From the NCBI RefSeq assembly GCF_018350175.1, contig NC_058368.1, forward strand, positions 220,536,001 through 220,600,000: DNA of 64,000 nucleotides, written 5' to 3'. Position numbers and translations under genes: made by a program. The notes under the pieces were generated by a model. It saw only the letters and a program-made list of their open reading frames with translations. It was not told where the DNA came from and made no database searches. Origin of the DNA: Felis catus. Lineage: Eukaryota. Shown here in pieces: positions 26,469 to 39,142 of the stretch. How positions within the stretch are numbered: position 1 is the stretch's first letter; every line of letters begins with the position of its first letter.

Positions 26469-27577
26469 AACGTGGGTTAATGTTGATCTTATTGACTGAT
26501 GACTGTTCTTTACACGTTCTAAAACAAGTCCTTTGCCAAATATGCATATTGTAACTATTTCTTCCAATTTTGCTTATATTTTAATCTTATTCATAGCTTA
26601 CCTTGAAGAACAAAAGTTTTGATTTTGATGAACTTTATCATTTTTTTTTCTTTATGACCCATGATTTTTGCATCCTACCTATGCAATGTTCACTTATGTC
26701 AAGCCCCTAAGTAATGTTTCATATGCTTATTTTTCTAGAAATTTTATAATTTTAGTATTTATACTTAGGTCTATGATCCATTTGAGTTAACTTTTGTCTA
26801 TGGTGTGAGGTAAGAGAGGTCTTTATTTCCATCCAGATATTCAGTTGATCCTGCAAAATGCATTTAATTTTTTTCCCCTTTGAATTGTCTTGGCACTTTT
26901 GTTGTAAATCTATTCATCATAAATATAAAAGTTTATTTCTGGACTCTCCATTCTGCTCCATGGACCTATTTATCAATCTTGATGGCTGTTGTGCCCTTAT
27001 GCTTACTTTTCATTCATCTAAAAATATCTTTGCTCTTCATGCTTGAATGATACTCGTGCTCTATATAGTATTCTCAGTTGATTTTTTTTTCCTTACAGCT
27101 ATTTAAAAATTCTATTTCATTGTTTTCTTCCGTCTGTTAACTCCAATGAGAAATCCATGGTCATTCAAATTATTGTTCATCTGTGTACTTCCTTGGCTGC
27201 TCTCAATATTTCCTCTTTTTCTTTGTTTTTCAGCCATTTGACTATGATGTGCTTAGGATTTTGCTCTCTTTTTTTATTTAATATGTTTATGGTTCGTTAA
27301 GTTTCTTAAACCTATAACCTTATATATTTCACTTAATTTGATGTGATTTCAGACATTCTATTTTTATATTTATCCCCTCCTCTTTTCTCTCCTTCTGAGA
27401 TTCTACTTTTCTGTATGTTAGACATAACTTGCAGTATTGCCCCATATGTCTCTGAGGTTCTGTTTTTGTTTTCCAAGTTTTTCTTTTTCTTCTTAGTATT
27501 GCCTAATCTATCTTTTGAGTTCTTTGACTCACTCCCCTTCCAACTTCATTTTACTTTTATATCATCTAGGGATTATT

Positions 27578-27798
27578 TTTTTTTAATTTTTTTTTCAACG
27601 TTTATTTATTTTTGGGACAGAGAGAGGCAGAGCATGAACGGGGGAGGGGCAGAGAGAGAGGGGCACACAGAATCGGAAACAGGCTCCAGGCTCCGAGCCA
27701 TCAGCCCAGAGCCTGACGCGGGGCTCGAACTCACGGACCGCGAGATCGTGACCTGGCTGAAGTCGGACGCTTAACCGACTGTGCCACCCAGGCGCCCC
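27578..27798 (-). mobile_element. Young felid CAN-SINE (SINEC_Fc-type)
   Basis: CpG-rich, near-identical to the 8108 and 51046 copies; TSD agggattatt (27568-27577 / 27800-27809). Confidence 0.97.
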
Positions 27799-27828
27799 AA
27801 GGGATTATTATTATTAAGATGGTGTTTT

Positions 27829-28048
27829 GGGAGCTCCTGGGTAGCTCAGTAGGTTATGCATCCAACTCTTGATTTCGGCTCAGGTCGTGATCACATGGGT
27901 TCATAAGTTCAAGCTCTGCATTGGGTTCTGCTGACAGTGCAGAGCCTGCGTGGGATTCTCTCTCTTCCTCTCTCTCTGCTTCTCCCTGCTTGTGATCACA
28001 CATGCTCTCTCTCTCTCTCTCAAAATAAATAAATAAACTTTAAAAAAC
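27829..28048 (+). mobile_element. CAN-SINE (older)
   Basis: Head 'gggagctcctgggtagctcag'; TSD agatggtgtttt (27817-27828 / 28049-28060). Confidence 0.94.
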
Positions 28049-29390
28049 AGATGGTGTTTTTTCCAACAACTTTAGAATTATTTGGTTCTTTTCTATAATT
28101 TCTCCTCTGGAAATGTCATTTTTTCTTTTATCATAAATATGTTTTCCTTTAATTCATTGAGGATAGTTACAGTTGATGCTTTACAATCCTTGTCTCACAA
28201 ATTTAACACCAGAATCGTTTTGGAGTAGTCATATAGTCATTTGTTGAGTGTTCCATTGATAATGAGTGACATTGTCTTATGTCAAGAAACTTTGGATTAT
28301 GTCTTGGACATTGTTAGTATCTGTGGAAATACTAGATTCTGTTATATCTTTTCCAAGAGTGTTGATATTTTTTTTATTGTAGAATCCAGTTAACTTGCTT
28401 ATATTTAACATTGCAAACACTGGCACATCTACATTGGGCTGAAGCTTACATCTCAACTCAAACAACTTTTAGTCTGCCTTATTCATGTGTGGTCAATGGG
28501 TCAGCCCAATTTGGGCATAGTTTTTAGACAAACTTTAGGTTTCTTCCTCTTTTTCCCACCTGGTTTACTGCATTACTCTTCAGTGGTTCTTGAAATTATT
28601 CTGATTCCTTCAGCAGGAAAGATGGAGCCTTTCCATCACAGTTCTGGGAGCATTATAATACCATAACAACTGTGGCTTTCCTCAGGGTATACTTCCAAAA
28701 AACCAGAAAACTAACTTTGTGCTGGTCACCTCCTCAAGATTTTAAAGTCTATTCAAAATCTGCCTTCAATCTATGGCTCTCAAGTAATTATTTATTATAT
28801 TCTCACCAGAGTTTTTAGTTATTTGTGAGACAAGCAGTTTGCTAGGAACTTGCTCCTTTATACAAGTAGTGGAACTCCTATATAAACATAGTTTTGACTA
28901 TTTTTTTCAAGATTTATTGCTGAATATGTTGTAATTTATGTTTTTATTTTCTTTTCTGATATTGGGAGAGAATGTACAAAATATCAGACTAATGAGAAAC
29001 ATGAGAATCAGAGATCTGACCCAGTATTAAATTCTACTAATAATTTTCAAGATACCAGTGAAGCAAAAGAGACCAGGACCATCAATGCAGTTTCCCAGGT
29101 CCCTTCTTACAACATCTGAATGCACTACAGACGATATTAACATATGAGGTGTCTATAGGGTGAATGAGTTCATATTACTTACATAGAAGAGGTCATCATA
29201 GTCATGAAATGTTCTCATTGTATAATCAGATACTTACATACCATATGGGGTATTCCCCTAGGAGTCAGATACTAGGTTTACTTACTATAAGCAATTTTGG
29301 ACATACTAGATATATCCTACTGAAAGCAATATATAAATGCTGTCCAAAATACTATTAGTTGGTCTCCTAGGGTTTATTTCATTAGCATGC

Positions 29391-30030
29391 TGTTTTATAA
29401 GATTTAATTATTCTTTTGATGGTGACACACCATACACTAACAGTGGGATAGATGTTATTTACAATTCCAAAGGAAAGAAGGCTGCCTGGTAGGGCCATGC
29501 ATCAGGTTGTCCCCAGAAAACAGGGTAACAGCAAGCTGGAGTTGTAGTGGGCAGCTTATGTATGGCAGGTAGAGTGGAATTAGCTATATTTCATGGGGTT
29601 CACAATAGATTGGTTGATTTGAATAACGTCCTTGGCTCTGGAGTATAGGGGCTGTCCAGTACCTGGCCCTGGGGCAATTAAGCCAGGAAAATAATGGTCC
29701 CTGCTTATGAAAGCCCAATAAGAGAAGTGGTTAAGTATAGGCTTATCAGCTGTTTTAGAAGGGGAACTGACCAGGGGCACCTGGGTAGCTCAGTCGATTA
29801 AGTAACCAACTCTTGATTTCTCTCAGGTCATGATCTCACAGCTTCTGAGTTTGAGCCCCACATTGGGCTTTGTGCTGTCAGTGTGGTGCCTGCTTACAAT
29901 TCTCCCTCTGCCCTTCCCCCAACTCTCTCTGTAAATAAATAAATAAACTTTAAAAACAAAAGGAGAACTAACCAGTTTCTAGTCAGACCCTCAAAATTAG
30001 GTCAAGATGGCATTGATTTTAAAGATTTTT
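29391..30030 (-). mobile_element. MER74-like (ERVL) solo LTR interrupted by a SINE
   Basis: 'gattggttgatttgaataa...ataggggctgtccagtacctggccctgggg...gaagtggtt...atcagctg...aaggggaactgacca[SINE]...ccctcaaaattaggtcaaga' matches the reverse complement of MER74 as recalled. Confidence 0.75.
29774..29959 (+). mobile_element. CAN-SINE (older)
   Basis: TSD aaggggaactgacca / aaggagaactaacca. Confidence 0.94.
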
Positions 30031-30916
30031 TTAAAGATTTATATTATAATTGCCTAGAAGGAAATTTTATCAGGGACATCTTTATTTCCTGAGAGTGTCC
30101 ACTCAGTAAAGAGAGAATGGCAGATCTGTTGTATTTCCACAACAATTAAGTTTCCACTAGCCATTGAAAAGTTGGTTGAGGGGAATTTCAAAAGTGAACG
30201 TGATGTCCATTTCCCTTCCCCACTCATGATATTTGGAGAATACAACTCCCAGGGGCTCCTGAATCAATATGAAGCACCTATGGGAGGTTGTTATCATTCT
30301 TAGCTGGAGAAAGAAGGCCAGATCTGGATCACTCTCTACATCTCTATTTCCCTTTACCTATTCCTGGCATGCAGAAGACCCTGAATCTTTTGAATGCCCC
30401 CAATGAACGTGAAATTCAGAGTTGAGAACAGGTCAAACATCTTAGTGAGTGGCACAGTCATTCAATCCTGAGGCCATAGACACAGTGGACCATTTATTCC
30501 AGGGACTGTAAAATACTTCAACTTGTGGTTTAAACTCAAAAATAATGCCATTAGGAGTCTAGTGAGATTGAGTCAGTAGGTTCTATTAACACTCAAAACT
30601 TGACTGGGCCAGGAGACAAATTGCAAGCTTGGTCTTGCAATTTGCAAGGTGAAAGTCTTACATCACTGCAACGGGAGTTTTTGCCTCTTCTGTTAGGAAT
30701 CACCATTTGTTCCCCAAACTGACCCTGTAAACTAAAGGTGTTCAGCTGTGAGAACAGGTAAACCTAATGTTGAATGAGAATAAGCATTAGGTGGTTCTTA
30801 ACATTTGGAGAAGAGTTGGTGTGGGGTAGGGGAGGAGACTAATGCCAATTTTTCTTTCTTTTAAATAAAGCAGGAAAATGAAGACCAGTATTTTAATCCC
30901 AATCTCCCTATGGGCT

Positions 30917-31491
30917 TTTATTAATCAGGATTCTCTAGAATAATAGAACCAATAAGATACGTTACATATAAATAGATATCTATATCTGTATCTATATCTA
31001 GATCTGTATCTAGATCTAGATATCTAGATATCTATATATCTATATCTACATCTACATCTATATCTATGTCTATCTACATCTATCTATACACACATGCAGG
31101 GAGAGGAAGAAAGAGAGAGAGAGATTGATTTTAAGGAACTGACTCATGCAGTTGTGGCGGCTGGCCAGTCTTAAATGTGCAGAACAGGCTATGTACCCAG
31201 GGGAGAGTTGATATTTCTATCTCAAGTCCAAAGGCAGGCTGGAGGAAGAATTTCTACTTCTTCTGGATGACCTTGTATTTTTCTCTTAAAAAAAAACAAA
31301 AAACAAAAAAACAAACTGATTGAATGAGGCCTACCCACATTTTGCAGGTAATCTACTTTACCCAACATCTGATGACTTAAATGTTAATCCTTTCTAGAAA
31401 ACACCTTCCCAGCAACATCTAGACTGGTATTTGACCAAAACATCTAGGCACCACAGCCTAGCCAAGATGACACACAAAATCAAGTTTCACA
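30917..31491 (-). mobile_element. MLT2 (C/D-like) ERVL solo LTR with internal (TATC/TAGA)-type simple repeat at ~30975-31125
   Basis: 'tattaatcaggattctctagaataatagaaccaata...ttttaaggaactgactcatgcagttgtgg...actgattgaatgaggcctacccacatt...agcctagccaagatgacaca'. Confidence 0.88.
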
Positions 31492-32706
31492 AAACCCTTC
31501 TCCAACCCAGTTATTTACCAGTCTTTGGCCTCTACTCACCACCTCAGGGGAGATATGTGAGTCAGCTAAGCCTAATGTAGAAGAAGCCAGTGTGGCTCCA
31601 CTATGGTTTCCCAGGATGTTTCAATCTAATCTTAGCACTGCCATACTAGCAGAGGTTCTTTTTGGGACCACAGTCTTCTTCCAAATAGTCCCTCTGTTTC
31701 TGAGCCACATCATTGCCCTGATGGCCTGGGGTCTAGCTGCTAGAATTAGCCTTAGTTCTCAAAGGAGTTTTCCTTTGAAATTTCAAAGGCATTTGAAATC
31801 TCCAATTATTATTTATTCCAACATTATAAATATTATTTTACTCTTAAATCCCAGATGATGTTTAGATTTTGATTTGCTTTTATATACAGAGGGTGTGGGT
31901 GTTGTTTGCTGGTGATGATGGTGATGACTTATGAGCATGTAAAGAGAGTTACTACAAGATTCATTTTGTGTCTGCACATCCAAATTGTGAAGTTGTAGGC
32001 CTGTAGCAGCTTGAGGCCATGGTCTAGCTCCATGAAGGAAGCTCTTTACAAGAAAAAAGCCAAAACTACCTATATGTGAATTGAACTGCCAATGACGGTT
32101 TACATATTTAGCCTATTTGTTGGGGAAACCCATATTTTTAGAAAATACTGAGACACCTTATTTTATTTTTTAGTAGCTGTCTATGTTATTAAGATTTTGA
32201 GCACAGGATGAATCCAGTTTTTTATGAATATACATATGCATAATAGTGGTTATTAAATGTTTGCCACCTTAATTTGGCTACAAGAGCATAATAGCTTTCC
32301 TCCCTACTAGAAAGATGTATGTTCCAATGATATGCCTGGAGTACAGTTTAGAGCTTTGAACATATTTATTGACCCATCTAGGAAATAATATTCAGAAACA
32401 CCAATTTTGCATTGTGGGGAATTTTATCTAGATTTCCCACAGTATCTGTTAAAGAGATACTTTCATTCTATGGATCATTTTTCTCCTCTATGTGACCATT
32501 CCACAGTGTTTATATTATTAAATTTATCTCTTTCCAGATAGAAAAAAAAACTTGCTGCTATACATATACAGATTCTTTGACACCACAGACAGTATACAAA
32601 GCTTAATAAAATTCGACAAGAAAGGTCATCTCATCTCTAAATTTATGCATATCTGTCAAAAGCAAAGGATATTAGGACTAGAAAAGGACAAATAGGTTAG
32701 TTAGAC

Positions 32707-32898
32707 CAGGGTCAGCAAAGTTTTATCTAAAGTGCCAAACTGTAAATGTAACAGGCTTTGTGAGTTACATGTGGTCTCTATTACATACACTTCATTTTGT
32801 TTTCAAGCAACCCTTTAAAATATCAAAACAAAAAACAAAAAACAAAAGCAGTTCTTAGCTCAAGTCATTAAAGAAAGGCAGCCATTTGTTCATCCCTG
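32707..32898 (+). mobile_element. MER58C-like hAT-Charlie element
   Basis: 'cagggtcagcaaag...aggctttgtgag...caaccctttaaaatatcaaaac...ttcttagctc...ccctg'. Confidence 0.7.
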
Positions 32899-33209
32899 AA
32901 TCTTAATTTTACATTTAGAAAACTGAGGCTTAGAAATTATTTTCTTCTAGAAAACATGCAACCCTTTAGAATGAACTAGAAGCTGAGCTGCTACAATTTC
33001 CAGAGTTGGTGCTGTGTGTGGTTCCCCTGAGAACACCACCACTCATTTTTTAAGAAGGAGCTCCTCCTGGAAAGCTGTGTTTTCACAACTGAGCAAACCA
33101 CTAGGCTGGACTGTCTCTGAGCAACAGCTCAGCCTTAATACTCTTTGTTTGTCGTTTCCCAGAATATCCAGCGGGCAATTTGTTTCATCTATTGTAGCCT
33201 AAAATCAGT

Positions 33210-33211
<2 letters not shown>

Positions 33212-33257
<46 letters not shown>
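33212..33257. repeat. (TG)n microsatellite
   Basis: Direct reading. Confidence 0.97.
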
Positions 33258-33259
<2 letters not shown>

Positions 33260-33571
33260 GTTTAGCTTGTGAGACATAGCTGTGCAAGTACTTACTGCAT
33301 ATTCACTGAGGTCCTACTTCCTGTCACTGTTCTGGATGGAGCCACATTGGGGGAGGAGGGATCAGTGCTAGAGGGGTTGGAGAGGGGGAGGTAATTTTAA
33401 AAGAGACAAAATTCCTTCCTGTTCCAGTCTTACATTCTAGAAGACTCAAGGGTGTTTGCAATTAAAACAACAAACACAATAAAAAGTAAATCAGGTATAT
33501 GTTAAAATGTGAAAAATGCTACAGTGAAAAGAAAAAAAGCAATGTAAGGGGCAGCAGAAATTTGTAAGCAG

Positions 33572-33872
33572 TGTTAAAAAATAAACTGAGGCATATTAAA
33601 AATGTAAAGCGTTTATGTGAGCAAAACTTAATTCTATTGGGGCTTAAGTGGTTAGGGGTGCTCCAATGACAGGAGCTCAAGGGAGAGACTTGTATAGAGG
33701 AGCAGCAGAAGCAAAGGAAATTATTGATTGGCTATAGCGTAAAGCCTGACCCGTTGTGATTGGTTGTTCTTAGATTTCAATTTAGAGGTTTAGGGTTTGG
33801 TTTGCTTAGGCAGGCTGCCACCGCATCACAGCCACCTCAGTCTAACGGACTCCTTATTTAATTAATTCAACA
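33572..33872 (-). mobile_element. Short (301 bp) solo LTR, probably ERV1-class
   Basis: tgttaa...ttcaaca inverted termini; near 4-bp TSD gcag / gcac; two CCAAT boxes (gattgg) and a TATA-like motif on the minus strand. Confidence 0.7.
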
Positions 33873-34528
33873 GCACGCATGTGCATTTCTTTCCAGGACC
33901 TCTTAAGTATCTAAATTGGATATTTAAGAAGAAATCATAAATGCTTTGCATAATGAAATAGTATCTACAATTTGATAACTTATTTGTATATAAACTACAT
34001 TTTCTCTAGATCAATTATTGTTATATTTAACTCAGTGCCTGGTTTGATATGCAGAGGCAAAACCATTGTTAATTAGTTAAACTTAAATTCAGAAATCTAG
34101 TTATTACTCACTAAACTTGGTTCTGAGTTGTATAACTTTCAAGACAGTGCAATCTTCTTTAGCAGATAATGACAAACACGCTTATCACAACTTAGAATTT
34201 TACTCAATACCTAAAATGTTTAGTACTCAAAGGTAAAGAAGATTATATGCATCTCTGCCTTTTAAAATTGATCTAAAACTAAGTTTTTCTTTGATTCTCT
34301 TCTTAAACCTTGGTCATAGAAAATAAAGGAAAAAAGAAAAAAAAAAAGAAAAGAAAGCAAATGGAGCGTTCCTCATTTTAAATGCTTACTAACCTTAAAA
34401 GACAATATGATGAGGAGAATAACATTTTGGTGTTTGAAAACATACTACTTATTCAACATCCTTACGTGATTAATATTGGGGGATGCTTATTCCTTTGCCC
34501 TCAGGAATCATGTCCTGTAAAAGGCTTT

Positions 34529-34835
34529 TGTCTTAGTCATCTTGGGTTGCTATAACAAAATACCATTAACTGGATGGCTTACACGGGGATTTATTTCCCA
34601 CAGTTCTGGAAACTAGGAAGTCCAAGATCAAGGTGTGGCTCTTATTCTTGCTATGTAGACACTGCCTTCTCATGATGTGATCACATGGCCTTTCCTCCAT
34701 GATTTAACCTCTATGATCTAGATGAGGATCTAACCTTTCTTACCTCCCAAAGGCTCTACTTTCTAATGCCATCACCTTGTGGGTTGGGGTTTCAATATAT
34801 AAATTTGGGGGAGGGAAACACAATTAGTGTATAAA
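34529..34835 (-). mobile_element. MLT1A-like MaLR LTR
   Basis: 'tgtcttagtc...tgctataacaaaatacca...cacagttctggaaactaggaagtccaagatcaaggtg...tacctcccaaaggc...tttcaatatataaatttggggg'. Confidence 0.88.
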
Positions 34836-35516
34836 AATGAGTCATCATTTTTAATATGACATGTTCCTTTTTCCTGAAGTTTACATTTATTTCAGTTTTA
34901 TCTGTGGATGATATTAAATTAGTAAACCTGGGCCTCGCTTATCTTTTCTAAATTTGATTAGAAGCTTTGGGTACATGATTTGTTTGTTTGTTTGTTTTTC
35001 ATAAGGAAATTCACTTTTGGTTCACTCATAATGAGGTCAAATATTTGTGAGAAATAAAAAAATTAAAATTTCCACTAAATACTGAATATGACATTTCTTT
35101 TATTTGTGAACAGAATAAATAGTAATATCTTAAGGAACCAGAAGTTCAAATAAACTTCACTTCAGTTTTCTTTCCACAGGTAATCTCATAGCTTTCTTAA
35201 AATTGCTATCATTTCATCTGACTGTGTGTTATAGCTTACAGAAGAGAAAACTAAAAGTGAGGGAGGTGAAGTTCTTGCCTAAAGATACAGTGTGGATTTG
35301 TGGGGCAACAAATAAAACTGACTTTCCCAGTGGCTGAACCTAACACAATTTTTACTTGTGCAAAACATTCTGGAGATCTGGAGGGCATCCTTTGACGATT
35401 TTTAATTATCAGTGTTTGTTCATCTTAGTCTTCCTCTTCCATCTTGCAACAGAGAAAAAGAGGAGACTCCACAAGCAATGAAGTCACTTATTCTGGAAGT
35501 GACACGCATTCTTTTT

Positions 35517-35726
35517 GGTTTTTTCTTTTAATATTTATTCTTGAGAGAGAGAGACGGAGCATGAACGGAGGAGGGGAAGAACAAAAGAGAGACACGCAAT
35601 CCGAAGCAGGCTCCGGACACTCAGCTATCAGCACAGAGCCCAATGCGGGGCTTGAACCCACAAGCCATGAGATCATGACCTGAGCCGACGTTGAAAGCTT
35701 CAGGGACTGAGTCACCTAGGAGCCCC
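35517..35726 (-). mobile_element. CAN-SINE, possibly inside an old MLT1-type LTR (~35360-35830)
   Basis: 22-bp identical flanks tggaagtgacacgcattctttt (35494-35515 / 35727-35748); host text 'tcacatggccctactcaaaagcaaggaaactaggaa' is MLT1K/L-like. Confidence 0.93.
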
Positions 35727-38700
35727 TGGAAGTGACACGCATTCTTTTCTTAGTTCATCCTCACATGGCCCTACTCAAAAGCAAGGAAACTAGGAATCTG
35801 AATCTACCGCGTACTTGGAAGAAGGAAGAGGTAATAAGGGTGTGAGCAAGCACAGAGTTTAAATACATAGATAGTATGAGGTAAAATCCAGTTTGAACTC
35901 AAACCTGCTAACTCTAGAGCTTACTACATTGTTATACTATGTCCAAAGAGCAAAATGGAAGAGTTAGAAGCCAAATTTCTCACCCACACTCATCTCAATT
36001 GGTTAATATAGAGCAAACATTCATCTTTAAAGCACAAGATGCTTATATTGTACTCTATGTTTGGAACTCATAATCATTTAGAAATTATTTGTTCTACATA
36101 AATAAACTAGCCTATTAATCAAAACTATTCCCACCATTTCTGCTTTTTTTTGTTTGTTTCCTGCACACGCTTTTATTCTTGATATGTTATTGACATTTAA
36201 TGAACATCTTCCAAAAGAGAGTCCCATATTTTGTTTGCTTGAAAGAATGTAAGTTTAGTCGACAATATGTTGGTTGCATATTCATATTATGATGTGGGAT
36301 TTCATGTTCCCCTAAGACTGAGGATAGTAAATCGAAACAGAATCTTCTCATGACATTATTTCAAGAGAAAAATATTCACCATCATAGTAAAACTCTTTAT
36401 TATAGAATTATCTTCCTGGAAACAGCAGTAATGATGCCAATTGACAGTAATCTATATACCTAGGGAATAAAAGTTATGTTGTGTAAGGGTTAGAATCTTA
36501 ACTATGTTGATAAAATGCAAATTATGTCATGTTTTATTATTTATATTTTTCCTATAATAATAGAAACTCAAATATTGACTTAGAAATATTTTTTAAAATT
36601 CATTGTATTATCGATTTATTTTATTATCACATTATTCTTATACATGTCAAATAATTTTTATGTCAAAATTTTTGAGGATTTTAAATGGGGATATGTAAAC
36701 TTAACTAACTCAGCTAACAAATTAAAAAAATAATAATACATTTCCCTTTTCATATCCTGACAAAATCAAACATTCAATTCATTTATTTTTCAAGTAAAGA
36801 ATAAAGTGTGTAATCTTGTAAAGCCACCTTATTCACTTTTGCCTCATACCTGAAACTGATAGTGTTAAAGGACCACACAGTGACACATTCCTTTTCATTG
36901 CCAAAGCCATCAATAATGTCATGCGTGAGTGCATTCTGGTCGAATCTCTTTCGTTGTCTGATTTCTGTTACTCTCCACTACTAGGTCTCTTCTTTCATAG
37001 GTTACTGTGTAATCTAACTGCTATCACAGTTAGAATATTTATTTGAGAGGACATTTTAGAGCTTCAGTGAAAATGAGAATATAATTCCTTTGTCAGCAGC
37101 CAGTTCTATTCCTGAGGCTTCAAAAATCAAACAGGCTACTGCCTCATCATTTGGCAGTTGTGAGGTCTTTCACCGACCCAAGGCAGAGACGCTGGGCTGA
37201 AACAAATTACATGGTTGTACTGATCTCCAAAACTTGAAGAACTAATAAAATTATGGTAGGATTTATAGGCTTATTGTATTTAGTCCTAGTTTATTTTAAT
37301 CTGTCTATCATCTATCCCCCCTTCTCTCTATCCTCTCTTACAGTTTTCTGACATTTTTATTTATTTAAAAATCCATTTTATTGTATTTTAAAATTTCATT
37401 TCTCTCTTCTATGGTCAAACTGAAAAAGGACAGCTTTGAAAATCAAGAATAAACTCTGGTAAAAACAAGACTTTCTAATTCTCACCATTTAGCTTTCTTA
37501 TCTTTATTAATTATTTGACACCAAATGGACCAAAATCTATTGATCCTGTGACATCTTTATCATGCCTCACCCACATCATAGCCTCACTTCTGTCCGTTCC
37601 AAGATCTTTTTGTCATGCTAGCTTATCTCTGTTGTCACTTGTCTCAGAGCCCTTATACTGCTCAACAGTTTTGCTATGTTGCTTTAGTGCATCTACTCTG
37701 CCACTCTCGTAGACCAACATCTCACATGTTATCCTATCATCAAACAGGACAGCTCTAATCGTGCTCCTTAATTCATTGAAAAATATGAAGAGAATGGATA
37801 AGATCTTTCACAAGCTTTGTTTACCATATGAAACTTGTTAGCTAGGATTCCTGCATCTGTCTATACATTCTACCTTTTCTCTGGTTACTTTACATGAATC
37901 AGTCACACTTAGACTAAAAACTGCCTTGAAATACAAATTAACGAGGTATCAAACTAAGTTCATTGTATATGGAATAATCTTAATAACAATAACTAGGTGG
38001 ATTCATACCCAAATGTGCACTTCATCCCATCTCTTCCTGCTACTCAGAAATTTTCCCTGGCGCTTTTCATGACTGATACCCTCTCTTCTCAAGCTTTTCC
38101 TTTCATGTGTTATTTTTCTCATCGAAGCAAAACAAAACAAAGCAAAACAACTCAACTCGCCTAACATCTCTTCATCTTTCTTTTACCACTCCCTTCTCTC
38201 TCCTTCACTTTATAACTTTGATTAATGAAAAAATTAGAGTCATTTTAATAACATTACTAGACAGATATATATTTAATTTTTTTCAATCACATAACACTTA
38301 GATTCATTTATTTTAGGTCAACACCATCATCCTAAAAATAGGATTTTTTTAGCAATTTTTTTTCATATAGAGTTTCAATACTCTAACCAATGCACACAAT
38401 TTAATAAAAATTACTTTCTTCAAAATGTGCATATTTTTAAATCATTATATATGGGGAGGATGTTCATTCAGCATTCTATGAAAAAGAAAATGAACACTTA
38501 TAACATTTTGCAATTTTGGTAATACAATGCTCTTAACATATTTTACCTGATTTTATTTTATATATTTATTGACTAAGTATAATTGAACTAAAATTATTTT
38601 ACTTGAATTGATGATTGTATTAGCCTTAGTGTTGATAAAGAACCCAGTGCACAAGGATCCAGTTAAGCCCTGTGTACCATGGCAATAACTTTTTATTCAT

Positions 38701-38922
38701 TCTACATATATGTCTTTGTGGTATATTTGAACATTAGCTGTGGCTATAAATTGTTTTTAAAGTCTTGCATCTGGACCCAAATTTGGCATTTGTTTTTCAT
38801 CACAGAAATGGGGAACATTGAAATACAGTAGGCAGTCATAAAGTTCTCAACAGGAAAAATGAAAAAACACAGGTTCCCAAACAATATTGACATAAAAAAA
38901 AACTCATTAAAAAAATATCCTA

Positions 38923-39142
38923 GGGGCGCCTGGGTGGCTCCGTCGGTTGAGCGTCCGACTTCGGCTCAGGTCACGATCTCATGGTCCGTGAGTTCGAGCC
39001 CCGCATCGGGCTCTGGGCTGATGGCTCAGAGCCTGGAGCCTGCTTCCCATTCTGTGTCTCCCTCTCTCTCTGACCCTCCCCGTTCATGCTCTGTCTCTCT
39101 CTGTCTCAAAAATAAATAAACGTTAAAAAAAAATTAAAAAAA
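38923..39142 (+). mobile_element. Felid CAN-SINE
   Basis: ggggcgcctgggtggctc head; TSD ending atatccta on both sides. Confidence 0.96.

Larger units (their letters stand above)
24990..28870 (-). mobile_element. Composite of old L1 pieces: ORF2 fragment (~25.0-25.6 kb), L1MC/MD-like 3' end plus late ORF2 (~25.6-27.0 kb), ORF1/5' region (~27.0-28.9 kb)
   Basis: Antisense L1 hallmarks 'ttttacattcccaccagcagt', 'taggtctatgatccatttgagttaacttttgt', 'tttgactatgatgtgcttagg'; ORF 26237-26422 is a decayed ORF2 C-terminus. Confidence 0.8.

Noticed and set aside
30617..30644. Perfect 11-bp inverted repeat caaattgcaag-cttggt-cttgcaatttg
   Set aside because: A single hairpin of this size is plausible by chance in 64 kb of AT-rich DNA, it is too short for a pre-miRNA, and it has no supporting context.
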